DNA of 32,407 bases from Candidatus Bipolaricaulota bacterium (GCA_021159405.1 JAGGRX010000021.1:1-32407), one strand, 5' to 3'. Shown: positions 17,127 through 25,410, numbered from the stretch's first letter. The notes: a model not told the origin generated them from the letters alone. Numbers and translations are program-made.

Positions 17127-18044
17127 ATGGAAGCAATACGTTTAGAGCAGGTAAGCAAGGGATTGGGGAAGCGCGATATCCTGAGGGATGTCAGCTTTGC
17201 GGTAAAGTCGGGGGACGTGTTCGGCTACCTCGGCCCGAACGGTGCCGGGAAGACCACCACCATCCGGGTGATCCTGGGGCTGTTTGCGCCGGATTCAGGG
17301 CGGGTGGAGGTCCTGGGGCAAGACATTTGCAAGCATCCGGAGGTGAAGCGCCGCATCGGTTTCGTGCTCGAGGCAGATGGCCTCTACGACAACCTCACCG
17401 CCCGGGAGAACCTGGCCTACTACGGCGAGATCTACGGGGTGGCCAACATCGCAGACAGGATCGATGAAGTGTTGGAGGCCGTCGGCCTGCTCGATCGGGC
17501 GGACGACCGGGTGGGAAAGTACTCGAAGGGGATGCGGCAGCGGCTGGCGCTTGCCCGGGCGGTCCTGCATGACCCGGAGCTTTTGATCCTCGATGAGCCC
17601 ACGGCGGGCCTCGACCCCACCGGCCAGATGGAGATCCGGGAGCTCATCCTGGACCTGGCCCGCCGGGGGAAGACGGTCTTCTTGAGCTCGCACAACCTCG
17701 ATGAGGTGGAGCGGATCTGCAGCCGGATCGCCATCATCCATAAGGGCGAGATCAAGCTGTGTGGCGAGGTGGAAAGGCTCAAGGAGGCGGGACGCAGGGA
17801 GCTTGAGATCAGGCTCGGCAGTCCCCTCCCCGAGGAGGCAAAGGCGGCGCTTCAGGGGCTTCCCTACCTCAAGGAATGGCGTTACGAAGGAGAGAATCTC
17901 CTCCTCTCCCTCGACGGGGAGCACGACCCCTCCGAGGTGCTGAGCCTGCTCCTCCAGAAGGGGGCGGCGATTGAGGAGGTAAGGCGCCGGGAGCTTTCCC
18001 TTGAGGAGATCTACGCCGGAATAGTGGGGAAGGAGGCCGGATGA
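17127..18044 (+). CDS. ABC transporter ATP-binding protein (ABC-2 / DrrA-NatA type)
   Basis: Start trimmed to ATG 17127 (MEAIRLEQVSKGLG). Walker A GPNGAGKTT, signature YSKGMRQRLALA, Walker B LLILDEPTAGLD, H-loop SSHNL. Confidence 0.9.
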   Translation: MEAIRLEQVSKGLGKRDILRDVSFAVKSGDVFGYLGPNGAGKTTTIRVILGLFAPDSGRVEVLGQDICKHPEVKRRIGFVLEADGLYDNLTARENLAYYGEIYGVANIADRIDEVLEAVGLLDRADDRVGKYSKGMRQRLALARAVLHDPELLILDEPTAGLDPTGQMEIRELILDLARRGKTVFLSSHNLDEVERICSRIAIIHKGEIKLCGEVERLKEAGRRELEIRLGSPLPEEAKAALQGLPYLKEWRYEGENLLLSLDGEHDPSEVLSLLLQKGAAIEEVRRRELSLEEIYAGIVGKEAG

Positions 18045-18790
18045 GCTCGATAAAGGCGATCGTGAAAAAGGACCTCAAGGACACCCTCCGCTCCAGGGCC
18101 GTTTACGTGAGCCTCGGGACAGCCGTGTTGCTTCTCGTGATCTGGTCAGGGGACCTGCGGGATATGGCCGAGGGCCTTGCGGAAAAGGGCGTTCCGTCTT
18201 CCCAGGCGGCCGCTGCTCTCAAACCGATGATCAACTCCAGCGCCGTCATGTTGTCATTTGCGCTGACGATCCTCTTCGGCATGTACATCAACGGCTACGC
18301 CGTCACCATGGAGAAGATGAAGCGCTCGCTGGAGTCGCTCCTCTGCACTCCGGTGGGGCTGCGGGGAATATGGCTGGGGAAGACGCTGGCGGTGTTTGCC
18401 CCCAGCGCGATCCTTGGGGTTGCGATCACCTTTTTGGGGCTTTTCGGCATGAACGCGGCCGTGATCGAGCCGAAGCTCGGGGCCTTTATCATGCCAGACA
18501 GGGCACCGCTTTTAGCCGCCCTGGTGGGGGTGCCCGCGGTGGCCTTCCCGCTCATGCTCCTCGTCACCGGGGTTCAGCTCATCCTTAGCAATATCCGCTG
18601 GGTCAACATCGTGTTCCTGGCGCTGATATTCACCGTGGGCTTCGGGCTTTCCCAGTCGCTTAAACTTAACTCGGGCTCCTGGAGCCTCGTCGGGGTGCTG
18701 TTTGGGATCGCCGCCCTCTTGGCCCTGCTCTCCGCCTTCCTTGCCCGTTTCCTCACCCCCGAGCGGGTGGTGCTTTCGAGCAAGGGGTGA
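18041..18790 (+). CDS. ABC-2 family transporter permease
   Basis: 249 aa with about 6 TM segments. Its ATG overlaps the ATPase stop (ATGA), which suggests translational coupling. Confidence 0.8.
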   Translation: MSSIKAIVKKDLKDTLRSRAVYVSLGTAVLLLVIWSGDLRDMAEGLAEKGVPSSQAAAALKPMINSSAVMLSFALTILFGMYINGYAVTMEKMKRSLESLLCTPVGLRGIWLGKTLAVFAPSAILGVAITFLGLFGMNAAVIEPKLGAFIMPDRAPLLAALVGVPAVAFPLMLLVTGVQLILSNIRWVNIVFLALIFTVGFGLSQSLKLNSGSWSLVGVLFGIAALLALLSAFLARFLTPERVVLSSKG

Positions 18791-18801
18791 GAGGCCAAGC
18801 T

Positions 18802-19215
18802 TCAGCCCGCCACCAGGGGATAAATCCAAACTGAACGGGTCCGAGGGCCGTCGAACTCGCAGAAGTAAACCCCCTGCCAGGTGCCCAGGGCGAGCCTCCC
18901 CCCCTCCACCGGCAGCACGAGCGACGGCCCCATCAGGGCCGAGCGGAAGTGAGCAGGGGAGTTTCCCTCCCCATGCTGGAAGGGGATCTTCGGGACCAGG
19001 GCGGCCAAGGCCCGGTTGACGTCTTCCCGTACGTCCGGGTCGGCCGCCTCGTTCACCGTCAAGGCGGCCGTAGTATGGGGGCAGAACAGGAGCACCGCCC
19101 CGTTTTCCACCCCTAGCGTCCGCACGACCTCTTGGACCCGGGAGGTGATGTCCAGGATCTCCTCATGGGCGCGGGTTCGCACCTGGATCGTAGCCCGATC
19201 GAAAACGGGGTTCAT
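18802..19215 (-). CDS. YjbQ/UPF0047 family protein (secondary thiamine-phosphate synthase family)
   Basis: 137 aa with family blocks: ILDITSRVQEVV, LLFCPHTTAALTVNEAADPDVREDV, GNSPAHFRSALMGPSLVLPV, LGTWQGVYFCEFDGPR. Confidence 0.85.
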   Translation of the reverse strand: MNPVFDRATIQVRTRAHEEILDITSRVQEVVRTLGVENGAVLLFCPHTTAALTVNEAADPDVREDVNRALAALVPKIPFQHGEGNSPAHFRSALMGPSLVLPVEGGRLALGTWQGVYFCEFDGPRTRSVWIYPLVAG

Positions 19216-19769
19216 CCCAAGGCCTCCTGAAGCTGGGTGAAGAGCCGCTCCCGGTCCTTGAGGCCCTTGATGTGGAAGATCACCTCTTCCTCCCCGCCCC
19301 GGATCACGGCCACAAGTTCTAGACCGTTCTTCGCCAGTACCTCCAAGGCCCGATACACCTCGGAATGATGGGAGAGTTTGACGCGGATGCGCACCCCCTC
19401 CTCGCCGAAGCCGGCCATCTTGGCCAAGGCCCGCAGCACCCCGCCCCGGGTCAGCACCCCAACCAGCCGGCCGTTTTCGACCACCGGCAGGAGCAGATGG
19501 CGCTCTCCAAGAAGGACAACGGCCCGCTCCATGGGGTCATCCGGAGACACGGTCACGATGGGAGCAGCGGCGAGCTTCCCTGCGGGAAGCTCCTCGCTTG
19601 GCGCAGCTGCGATCGCCTTGCGGGTAAGGAAGCCCACCAACTTCCCCGCCTCATCCACCACGTATACGATGGCCAGGCCGTGTTCCTCAGCGAGCCTTTC
19701 CGCCTCCCCCACCGAGGCCTGGGCCCGGATCACCGGGGGATCCGGCTGCATCCACTCCTTAACCTTCAT
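19212..19769 (-). CDS. CBS-pair protein with C-terminal ACT-like domain (AcuB-like)
   Basis: Two CBS repeats (VDEAGKLVGFLTRKAI and VVENGRLVGVLTRGGVL) followed by a ~60-aa beta-alpha-beta-like tail. Overlaps yjbQ by 4 nt and the EF-G-like gene by 11 nt. Confidence 0.8.
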   Translation of the reverse strand: MKVKEWMQPDPPVIRAQASVGEAERLAEEHGLAIVYVVDEAGKLVGFLTRKAIAAAPSEELPAGKLAAAPIVTVSPDDPMERAVVLLGERHLLLPVVENGRLVGVLTRGGVLRALAKMAGFGEEGVRIRVKLSHHSEVYRALEVLAKNGLELVAVIRGGEEEVIFHIKGLKDRERLFTQLQEALG

Positions 19770-21720
19770 CCTTCGCTTTTGCCTGAGCCACCACCTTTTC
19801 CTGGATCTGAGCGGGGACGTAGTCGTACCTGGCGAACTCCATCTGGAAGGTCGCCCGCCCCTGGGTCAGGGACTTGAGGTCCAGGGCGTAGGACATAAGT
19901 TCGGCCAAAGGCACCTCGGCCTTTATCACGGTCTTGCCTCCTTGTGAGTCCATGCCCAGGATCCGCCCCCGGCGGGAGTTGAGGTCGGAGATGATGTCCC
20001 CGGTGAACGCATCCGGAGTGGTAACGGAGAGGTTCATGATGGGCTCCAGCAGGGTGGGTTCGGCCTGCTGGGCAGCCAGCTTGAAGCACTCCCGAGCGGC
20101 GATCTTGAACGACAGCTCAGATGAGTCCACGGGGTGATACATCCCATAAAACACGACCGCTTTTACGTCCACCACCGGATACCCAGCCAGGATCCCCTCC
20201 TGCATCGCTTCCCGGACGCCCTTCTCCACCCCGGGGATGAACTGTCCGGGGATGCAGCCGCCCTTGGTCTCGTCGACGAACTCAAACCCCGCTCCCCGAG
20301 GGAGCGGCTCGATCCTGAGATGGACCTCGCCGAACTGGCCCCGGCCGCCGGTCTGTTTCTTGTGACGGTACTGGGCGGTCGCCTGCTTCTTGATGGTCTC
20401 CCGGTAGGGGATCTTGGGCACTCGGAACTCCACCTCCACCCCATAGCGGTTACGCAGCCGCTCGGCCAGGACATCCAGCTGGACGTCCCCCATCCCGGAG
20501 AGGATGGCCTCCTTGGTTACGGGATCGCGCTCAAAACCGAGCGTAGCCTTGGTGGCCACCAGGTCCCTGAGCACCATGCTCATCTTCTCGTCGTCCGCCT
20601 GGGATTTGGGCACGATGGCCCGGGAGAACACCGGTTTGGGGAACGGGATAGCTGGTTCTGGCTCGGCCTCTGGGGAAGCGGAGAGGGTGTCCCCAAGCTC
20701 AATTCCGTCCACCTTCCCCAAGGCAACCACATCGCCCAACTGCGCGCTCCCGGTCTTCTCCAATTTGGTGCCCACAAAATTGTAAAGGTCGCGGATCTGA
20801 ACCTTCTCCCCGGTGCGCAGGTTGAACAGGGAATTCCCCTCGCCCACTTTGCCCCCCAACACCTTTACGTAGGCCAACCGGCCGAGATAGGGGTCAATGG
20901 TCAGGGAAAACACGCGCAGCCGCGTTGTCTCGTCCCCGTCCGGCTCCGGAGCCAAGGCAAGAGCCATCTCAATCAACTCTTCCAATCCCTGACCGGTCTG
21001 GGCCGAGCCCCAGAGGACGGGAACGATGCCCCCCTCGGCCACGCCCACGCGCAGCGCAGCCATGATCTCCTCAGCGGAGAGAGGCTCATCCGCAAGCACC
21101 TTCTCCACCAGCGCGTCATCAAAGGTGGCCACCTCCTCCAACAGCTCCCCCCGGGTCTCCTCGGCCCGGGACCTCAGCTCAGGGGGCACCTCGGCCTTGC
21201 CCTGAAAGGCCACCGGCTTCCCCGAAAGGAGGTCATAAAGCCCCAGGAAGGATCCCCCTTCCCGGACCGGAAGCTGCAAGGGCCACAGCTTCGCCCCAAG
21301 CGCATCCCGGAGCTCGGAAAGGACCTTGTCCGGGTCTACATTGGGCTTATCCAACATGTTCACGAACACCAGCGCCGGCTTCCCCAGCCGGGCCCGGATC
21401 TCCCAGGCCTGTTCGGTAACCACCTCCACTGGCTTTTCCGCGTTGGCCACCAAAACAACGAGATCGGAGGCGTCAACCGCTTTGTAAATTTCCTCCACGA
21501 ACTCCCCCAGCCCCGGGGTCACGAGGAGGTTAAGGCGCGTCCCCTTCCAGGTGCACGCGCCGATGGAAAGGTCGATGGAGTAACCCCGGCGCCGTTCCTC
21601 TTGGCTTTGGTCGAAGGCGATTTCGCCCTGGACCCCAGCCTTGGCCAGGAGCGCCCCGGCAAGCTGCGTCTTTCCAGAACCGGAGTGGCCGACAAAACTG
21701 ATGGTACGTGCCTTCGCCAT
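19759..21720 (-). CDS. Elongation factor G paralogue (EF-G2-like translational GTPase)
   Basis: Start trimmed to ATG 21720 (MAKARTISFVGHSGSGKT), giving 653 aa. EF-G domain III-V blocks are present: YRETI, HKKQTGGRGQFGEV, GGCIPGQFIPGVEKG, PVLLEP-like TLLEPIM, GDIISDLNSRRGRILG. The track's 80-aa N-terminal extension overlaps the divergent gene and looks non-coding. Confidence 0.85.
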   Translation of the reverse strand: MAKARTISFVGHSGSGKTQLAGALLAKAGVQGEIAFDQSQEERRRGYSIDLSIGACTWKGTRLNLLVTPGLGEFVEEIYKAVDASDLVVLVANAEKPVEVVTEQAWEIRARLGKPALVFVNMLDKPNVDPDKVLSELRDALGAKLWPLQLPVREGGSFLGLYDLLSGKPVAFQGKAEVPPELRSRAEETRGELLEEVATFDDALVEKVLADEPLSAEEIMAALRVGVAEGGIVPVLWGSAQTGQGLEELIEMALALAPEPDGDETTRLRVFSLTIDPYLGRLAYVKVLGGKVGEGNSLFNLRTGEKVQIRDLYNFVGTKLEKTGSAQLGDVVALGKVDGIELGDTLSASPEAEPEPAIPFPKPVFSRAIVPKSQADDEKMSMVLRDLVATKATLGFERDPVTKEAILSGMGDVQLDVLAERLRNRYGVEVEFRVPKIPYRETIKKQATAQYRHKKQTGGRGQFGEVHLRIEPLPRGAGFEFVDETKGGCIPGQFIPGVEKGVREAMQEGILAGYPVVDVKAVVFYGMYHPVDSSELSFKIAARECFKLAAQQAEPTLLEPIMNLSVTTPDAFTGDIISDLNSRRGRILGMDSQGGKTVIKAEVPLAELMSYALDLKSLTQGRATFQMEFARYDYVPAQIQEKVVAQAKAKDEG

Positions 21721-21737
21721 CCAGATCACCTCAAAGG

Positions 21738-21766
21738 TTGCCTGCTGAATGCCGATGGAGTATATC
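21738..21766 (+). promoter_or_regulatory. Candidate sigma70-type promoter for the DUF47-phosphatase operon
   Basis: TTGCCT (21738-21743), 17-nt spacer, TATATC (21761-21766). RBS AAAGGAGGGGGG lies before ATG 21799. Confidence 0.3.
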
Positions 21767-21798
21767 CTGACGGGTAAGCTTCGGCAAAAGGAGGGGGG

Positions 21799-22449
21799 AT
21801 GAGGTTTCGTTCGGGAGCAGGGCAGGAGGAAGTGGCCCGCTTGATCCGGGAGCATCTGGAACAGGTGGCGGCGGCGGTGGAAGCCATGGCCGAAGGGGTT
21901 CGCGCCCTGGTTGAGGGAAAACCTGCAGCCGAACTTGCCGAGATCGCCCTGAAGACCCACGAGCGAGAGGGACGGGCAGATGACATCAGACGCAAGACCG
22001 AACTGACGTTAGTACAAGGGGCGCTGCTTGCGGGCAGACGGCGCACCCTGCTCCGACTGGTGGAGGGGGAAGACCGAGTGGCCAACGCGGCCGAGGCGGT
22101 AATGGATTACTTGGCGCTTCAGAACGTTAAGGTTCCGGAGCTTCTCCGGCCGCTGGTGCTGCAGATCCTGCAGGAGACTCAGCGGCAGATGCAGGCCGTG
22201 AAGCTGGCCGTGGAGGCATTGGTGGAAGGGAAACCGGAGGCCGTCAAGCTGGCCGAGGAGGTCGAGTACAGGGAAGGGCGGATAGACGCCCTTGAGCGGC
22301 GGTGCATGAACCGGCTGTTCGCGGCCGACTTGCCCCTGGCGGAGAAGCTCCTCATCCGGGACTTCATCGAAAAGCTTGTGGAGATCTCGGATCGAGCCGA
22401 GGACCTGTCGGACCTGGTGTTCACCTCGATGGCGGCCAGGCAAGCATAA
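21799..22449 (+). CDS. DUF47 / PhoU-like (TIGR00153-type) protein, copy 1
   Basis: All-helical 216-aa protein with an internal duplication (ALVEGKPAAELAEIALKTHEREGRADDIRRK versus ALVEGKPEAVKLAEEVEYREGRIDALERR). The C-terminal block IRDFIEKLVEISDRAEDLSDLV is typical of the PhoU_div family. Confidence 0.65.
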   Translation: MRFRSGAGQEEVARLIREHLEQVAAAVEAMAEGVRALVEGKPAAELAEIALKTHEREGRADDIRRKTELTLVQGALLAGRRRTLLRLVEGEDRVANAAEAVMDYLALQNVKVPELLRPLVLQILQETQRQMQAVKLAVEALVEGKPEAVKLAEEVEYREGRIDALERRCMNRLFAADLPLAEKLLIRDFIEKLVEISDRAEDLSDLVFTSMAARQA

Positions 22450-22459
22450 AGGGGGAATC

Positions 22460-23656
22460 ATGGCAAAACCTTTCTGTAAGCCGAAGGTCTTTTTCTTGGT
22501 GTTGCTTTTCGCCTTTGGGATGGCTGCAGTTCAGCCGGGGCGTGCCGAACTCCAGCCGTGGACGGAGCTTGGGCCTTGGGCGAGCCCGCTTTCCCCAACC
22601 GAGGTGGCCATCTCCTGGCAGACGGAAAGCCCGGCACTCGGAATCGTATGGTATGGGCCAAGTGTGGACTGGCAAAGAACCGGGGAGCTGCCCTATAGCG
22701 TTGCCCTGTCGAAGCCGGCCGAACTCGCCCATGTGACCATTTCAGGCTTGATCCCCGGCACCCGGTACGCCTACCGGGTAAAGCTGGGAGCAGAAGTTAG
22801 CCCGATATGCTACTTTTCCACCCCACCTGAAAAATTCCAGCCCTTTACATTCCTCGTCTACGGCGATACCCGCACCAATTACGACCTGCATGCGATGGTG
22901 ACAAAGCGCATGGCGAGGGAGTCCGCGGAGTTCGTGGTACACGTGGGGGACCTGATCGAATCCCCCACCCAAACCGAGTGGCGCGCGTTCCTCAACTCTG
23001 GGGAGCTCCTACTTCGGGCGATGTCGTTTCTGTGTGTGCCCGGGAACCATGAACGCAACTCCCGTACCTATTACGAGCTGTTCCCGCTCCCCCAGGGAGG
23101 CGGCCGCTACGGGAAACAGTGGTGGTCCCTACGCTGGGGGGACGTGCTCCTGGTGGGCCTTGATTCCAACCTCCAGTACCTCAAGTTCACCGGCCTCAAG
23201 AAGGAAACGGCGTGGCTCAAAGAAGTGCTCGGGGAAGAAGCACGCTACAAGTTCGTGTTCTTACACCACCCACTGTTCAGCTCGGACCCCCACTATGGAG
23301 GGGACGAGGGTCTGGCAAAGCTCTGGCATCCCATCTTCATAGAAGCCGGGGTGACCGCGGTGTTCTGCGGCCACTGTCACAACTATGAGCACCTCGTCCG
23401 GGATGGGCTCCACTACTTCGTCACCGGAGGGGGTGGGGCCCCGTTCAGCCCCCTTTCGGACGCGCGGACAGAGGGGTCGGTACTGGGCATCGAGAACGTG
23501 CTCCATTACCTTAGGGTTTCGGTCTCAGAAGGAAAGGTGGTAGTGGAGATGGTGCCGGTGGCCGAGGTTCAAGCCGGTGAGGTGGCCGTGCTTTCCGGAG
23601 CTCCCATGGAGACCACAGAGCTTTCAAGGGCCGCCTGCGGCGTGGGAATCCCTTGA
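22460..23656 (+). CDS. Secreted purple-acid-phosphatase-like metallophosphoesterase
   Basis: Start trimmed to ATG 22460 (RBS AAAGGGGG). Signal peptide MAKPFCKPKVFFLVLLFAFGMAAVQPGRA. N-terminal FN3-like PAP domain (GLIPGTRYAYRV). Calcineurin-fold motifs GDTR, GDLIE, GNHE, LHHPLFSS, GHCHNYEH. Confidence 0.85.
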   Translation: MAKPFCKPKVFFLVLLFAFGMAAVQPGRAELQPWTELGPWASPLSPTEVAISWQTESPALGIVWYGPSVDWQRTGELPYSVALSKPAELAHVTISGLIPGTRYAYRVKLGAEVSPICYFSTPPEKFQPFTFLVYGDTRTNYDLHAMVTKRMARESAEFVVHVGDLIESPTQTEWRAFLNSGELLLRAMSFLCVPGNHERNSRTYYELFPLPQGGGRYGKQWWSLRWGDVLLVGLDSNLQYLKFTGLKKETAWLKEVLGEEARYKFVFLHHPLFSSDPHYGGDEGLAKLWHPIFIEAGVTAVFCGHCHNYEHLVRDGLHYFVTGGGGAPFSPLSDARTEGSVLGIENVLHYLRVSVSEGKVVVEMVPVAEVQAGEVAVLSGAPMETTELSRAACGVGIP

Positions 23657-23663
23657 TGGGGTG

Positions 23664-24335
23664 ATGACCTTGAATGGGAGCTGGCTTGCAAGGATGTTAA
23701 GGAAGCCTCAACCCTTAGGATTGGTGAGACACACGCAAGCAGTGGAAAATGCGGCCGAGGAGCTGGGGAAGCAGTTGCGGGCCTGGCTGCGGGGGGAGGG
23801 GGTAGAAGCGGAGCTGGTCAGCGAGGCAGAGCACGCCGCCGATCGGGTGAAACGGGAACTCCGCGCCCGCCTCGGCGCAATTCGCCACCCCCCGATCCCA
23901 AGATCCTCACTGCTTGAGCTGATCTGGCACCAGGATGAGATCGCCGACCTATGCCAGGATGCCGCACTCCTCATGAGCTTGAGACGCCCGGACCTCTCCA
24001 TAGAGCTTGAGGATGGGTTCCGTACGCTAGGGGAATCCTTGGTGCGAGTAGTCCATGAGTACCACCTAACCGTGGAGGCGTTCGAGGAAGCACTGGCAAG
24101 CGGCCTTTCCCAAGGGAAACTGAAACAGGTGCAGGAGGGCGTTGACAGAATCAACCTGCTTGAGCATGAGTCAGACATGGTAGAAAGGGAGCTTGTGAGG
24201 ATCATCTACCATGCGGAGGGGCTGTCGGACTTCGACCGCTACCATCTGGTGCAGCTTGTGCTCATGTTGGGCGGGGTGGTGGACCAGACTGAGAACGCTG
24301 CCGGCGACCTGAGGCTTCTGGTCAGCCGCCTTTAA
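23664..24335 (+). CDS. DUF47 / PhoU-like protein, copy 2
   Basis: Start trimmed to ATG 23664. Helical protein with EAEHAADRVKRELRARL and LLEHESDMVERELVRIIY repeats and a C-terminal VVDQTENAAGDLRLLV block. Confidence 0.6.
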   Translation: MTLNGSWLARMLRKPQPLGLVRHTQAVENAAEELGKQLRAWLRGEGVEAELVSEAEHAADRVKRELRARLGAIRHPPIPRSSLLELIWHQDEIADLCQDAALLMSLRRPDLSIELEDGFRTLGESLVRVVHEYHLTVEAFEEALASGLSQGKLKQVQEGVDRINLLEHESDMVERELVRIIYHAEGLSDFDRYHLVQLVLMLGGVVDQTENAAGDLRLLVSRL

Positions 24336-24342
24336 GGCGGCT
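24324..24342. terminator. Palindromic hairpin spanning the overlapping convergent stop codons of DUF47 copy 2 and comEA
   Basis: AGCCGCC (24324-24330), loop TTTAA, GGCGGCT (24336-24342). The plus-strand TAA (24333-24335) lies entirely in the loop. The minus-strand TAA (24334-24332) shares its middle two bases with it. There is no U-tract on either side. Confidence 0.3.
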
Positions 24343-24739
24343 TCACCGTGACCAGAGGGCGCAGGGTCGCGAGCAGCTCCTCCCCTATCCCCGGGACCTC
24401 CAATAGCTCGTCCAAAGAGGCGAACGGGCCGTGCTCCTCTCGCCAGGCCACGATCCTTTGGGCCAAGGCTGGCCCGATCCCGGGGAGGGCCATGAGCTGT
24501 TCTTTGGTGGCCTGATTCAGGTCCAGTGGGGTGGCCTCGACGAACTCAAGCGGCACCACCACCCCGGTAACTTCCACCGGCTTGGGAGCTGGGGGCCGGG
24601 CCGGGCTCCGAGGCGGAATCCATTGCGTCCCAGCGTAGATAAGAAGGGCGAAAACAAGCAGCGCAGCCGCCCAGAACCGGGCCCCAGCTTTATGGGAACA
24701 GCTCTTTGATCCTGTTCTCACCCCACTTCTCTCTGGCAA
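24332..24739 (-). CDS. comEA: ComEA-family helix-hairpin-helix DNA-binding protein
   Basis: N-terminal TM anchor (FWAAALLVFALLIYAG), then LDLNQATKEQLMALPGIGPALAQRIVAWREEHGPFASLDELLEVPGIGEELL. The start is uncertain (ATG 24739 or GTG 24721). Either choice overlaps the upstream ORF. Confidence 0.8.
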   Translation of the reverse strand: MPERSGVRTGSKSCSHKAGARFWAAALLVFALLIYAGTQWIPPRSPARPPAPKPVEVTGVVVPLEFVEATPLDLNQATKEQLMALPGIGPALAQRIVAWREEHGPFASLDELLEVPGIGEELLATLRPLVTVKPP

Positions 24740-25241
24740 GGCGCATCCTCTCGGGCAACCTCTCGTAGCGTGCCTTGGCGAACTTCTCGCTCCACCGCCT
24801 GAGGAAAATCTCCCTCAGCCTAGCCGAAAGCTCCGGGGCTCCCGCCAGGCTCTCGCCGTGCTCCCGTGCCAGCTGCTCAAGTTCCGGGATATACACGTCC
24901 ACAGCGGCCGCCCGATCGAAGAGCTCCAGGGCCTGCTCAGGGGCCTTGGCAAGCATCTGCTTGGCCTCTTGGAACAGTCGCCTCCGCTCCAGCTCCTCCT
25001 CCACGCGCCTTCGCATGAGCCTCGCCTTCTCCCGGTAGGTTGGGAGCTCCCACACAGGGAACGCAAGGAGTTTGCGTTCACAGCCATCGTTGGGGTTGGG
25101 GAACGCACGGGGACTCGCCCCGATGCGGCCGTGCCAAGCCAGGCACCGCTCACAAGTCCGCCAGGTGACATTGGTGTAGTACTGCCAAAGGGTCCGCCTT
25201 CCCCGAGCCAGATGCCAGAGGATCCTCAGCCAATCGAGCAC
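24690..25241 (-). CDS. Hypothetical protein with an N-terminal Cys/His motif and a helical, charged C-terminal half
   Basis: 183-aa ORF with coding-like composition. Motif WRTCERCLAWHGRI...FPNPNDGCERK. I recognise no confident family. Confidence 0.5.
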   Translation of the reverse strand: MLDWLRILWHLARGRRTLWQYYTNVTWRTCERCLAWHGRIGASPRAFPNPNDGCERKLLAFPVWELPTYREKARLMRRRVEEELERRRLFQEAKQMLAKAPEQALELFDRAAAVDVYIPELEQLAREHGESLAGAPELSARLREIFLRRWSEKFAKARYERLPERMRLAREKWGENRIKELFP

Positions 25242-25386
25242 CTATGCCCTCCTTGAAACCAGCATAGCTGGAGCCATCCCCAGGCACAAACGGATGCTTT
25301 ATCTGTCTAACCCCTTGGCTTTTGTGGCATAACCATAAAGCCGAAGGCCTTGAAGGGATTCGAGGCCGGATAGCCGCCCAACGCTG

Positions 25387-25410
25387 AAGGCCCCTTGCCC
25401 CAGGGGCCTT
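25387..25410 (-). terminator. Hairpin immediately downstream of tRNA-Leu
   Basis: AAGGCCCCT (25387-25395) pairs with AGGGGCCTT (25402-25410) around a 6-nt loop. It begins 7 nt after the tRNA 3' end. There is no clear U-tract on the minus-strand transcript. Confidence 0.3.

Noticed and set aside
20134-21777. 547-aa plus-strand ORF, plus the 80-aa N-terminal extension of the EF-G-like ORF (21721..21960)
   Set aside because: The plus ORF is antisense to the EF-G paralogue and has no motifs. The minus-strand extension precedes the conserved MAKARTISFVGHSGSGKT start, has non-protein-like composition, and overlaps the divergent DUF47 gene and its promoter.
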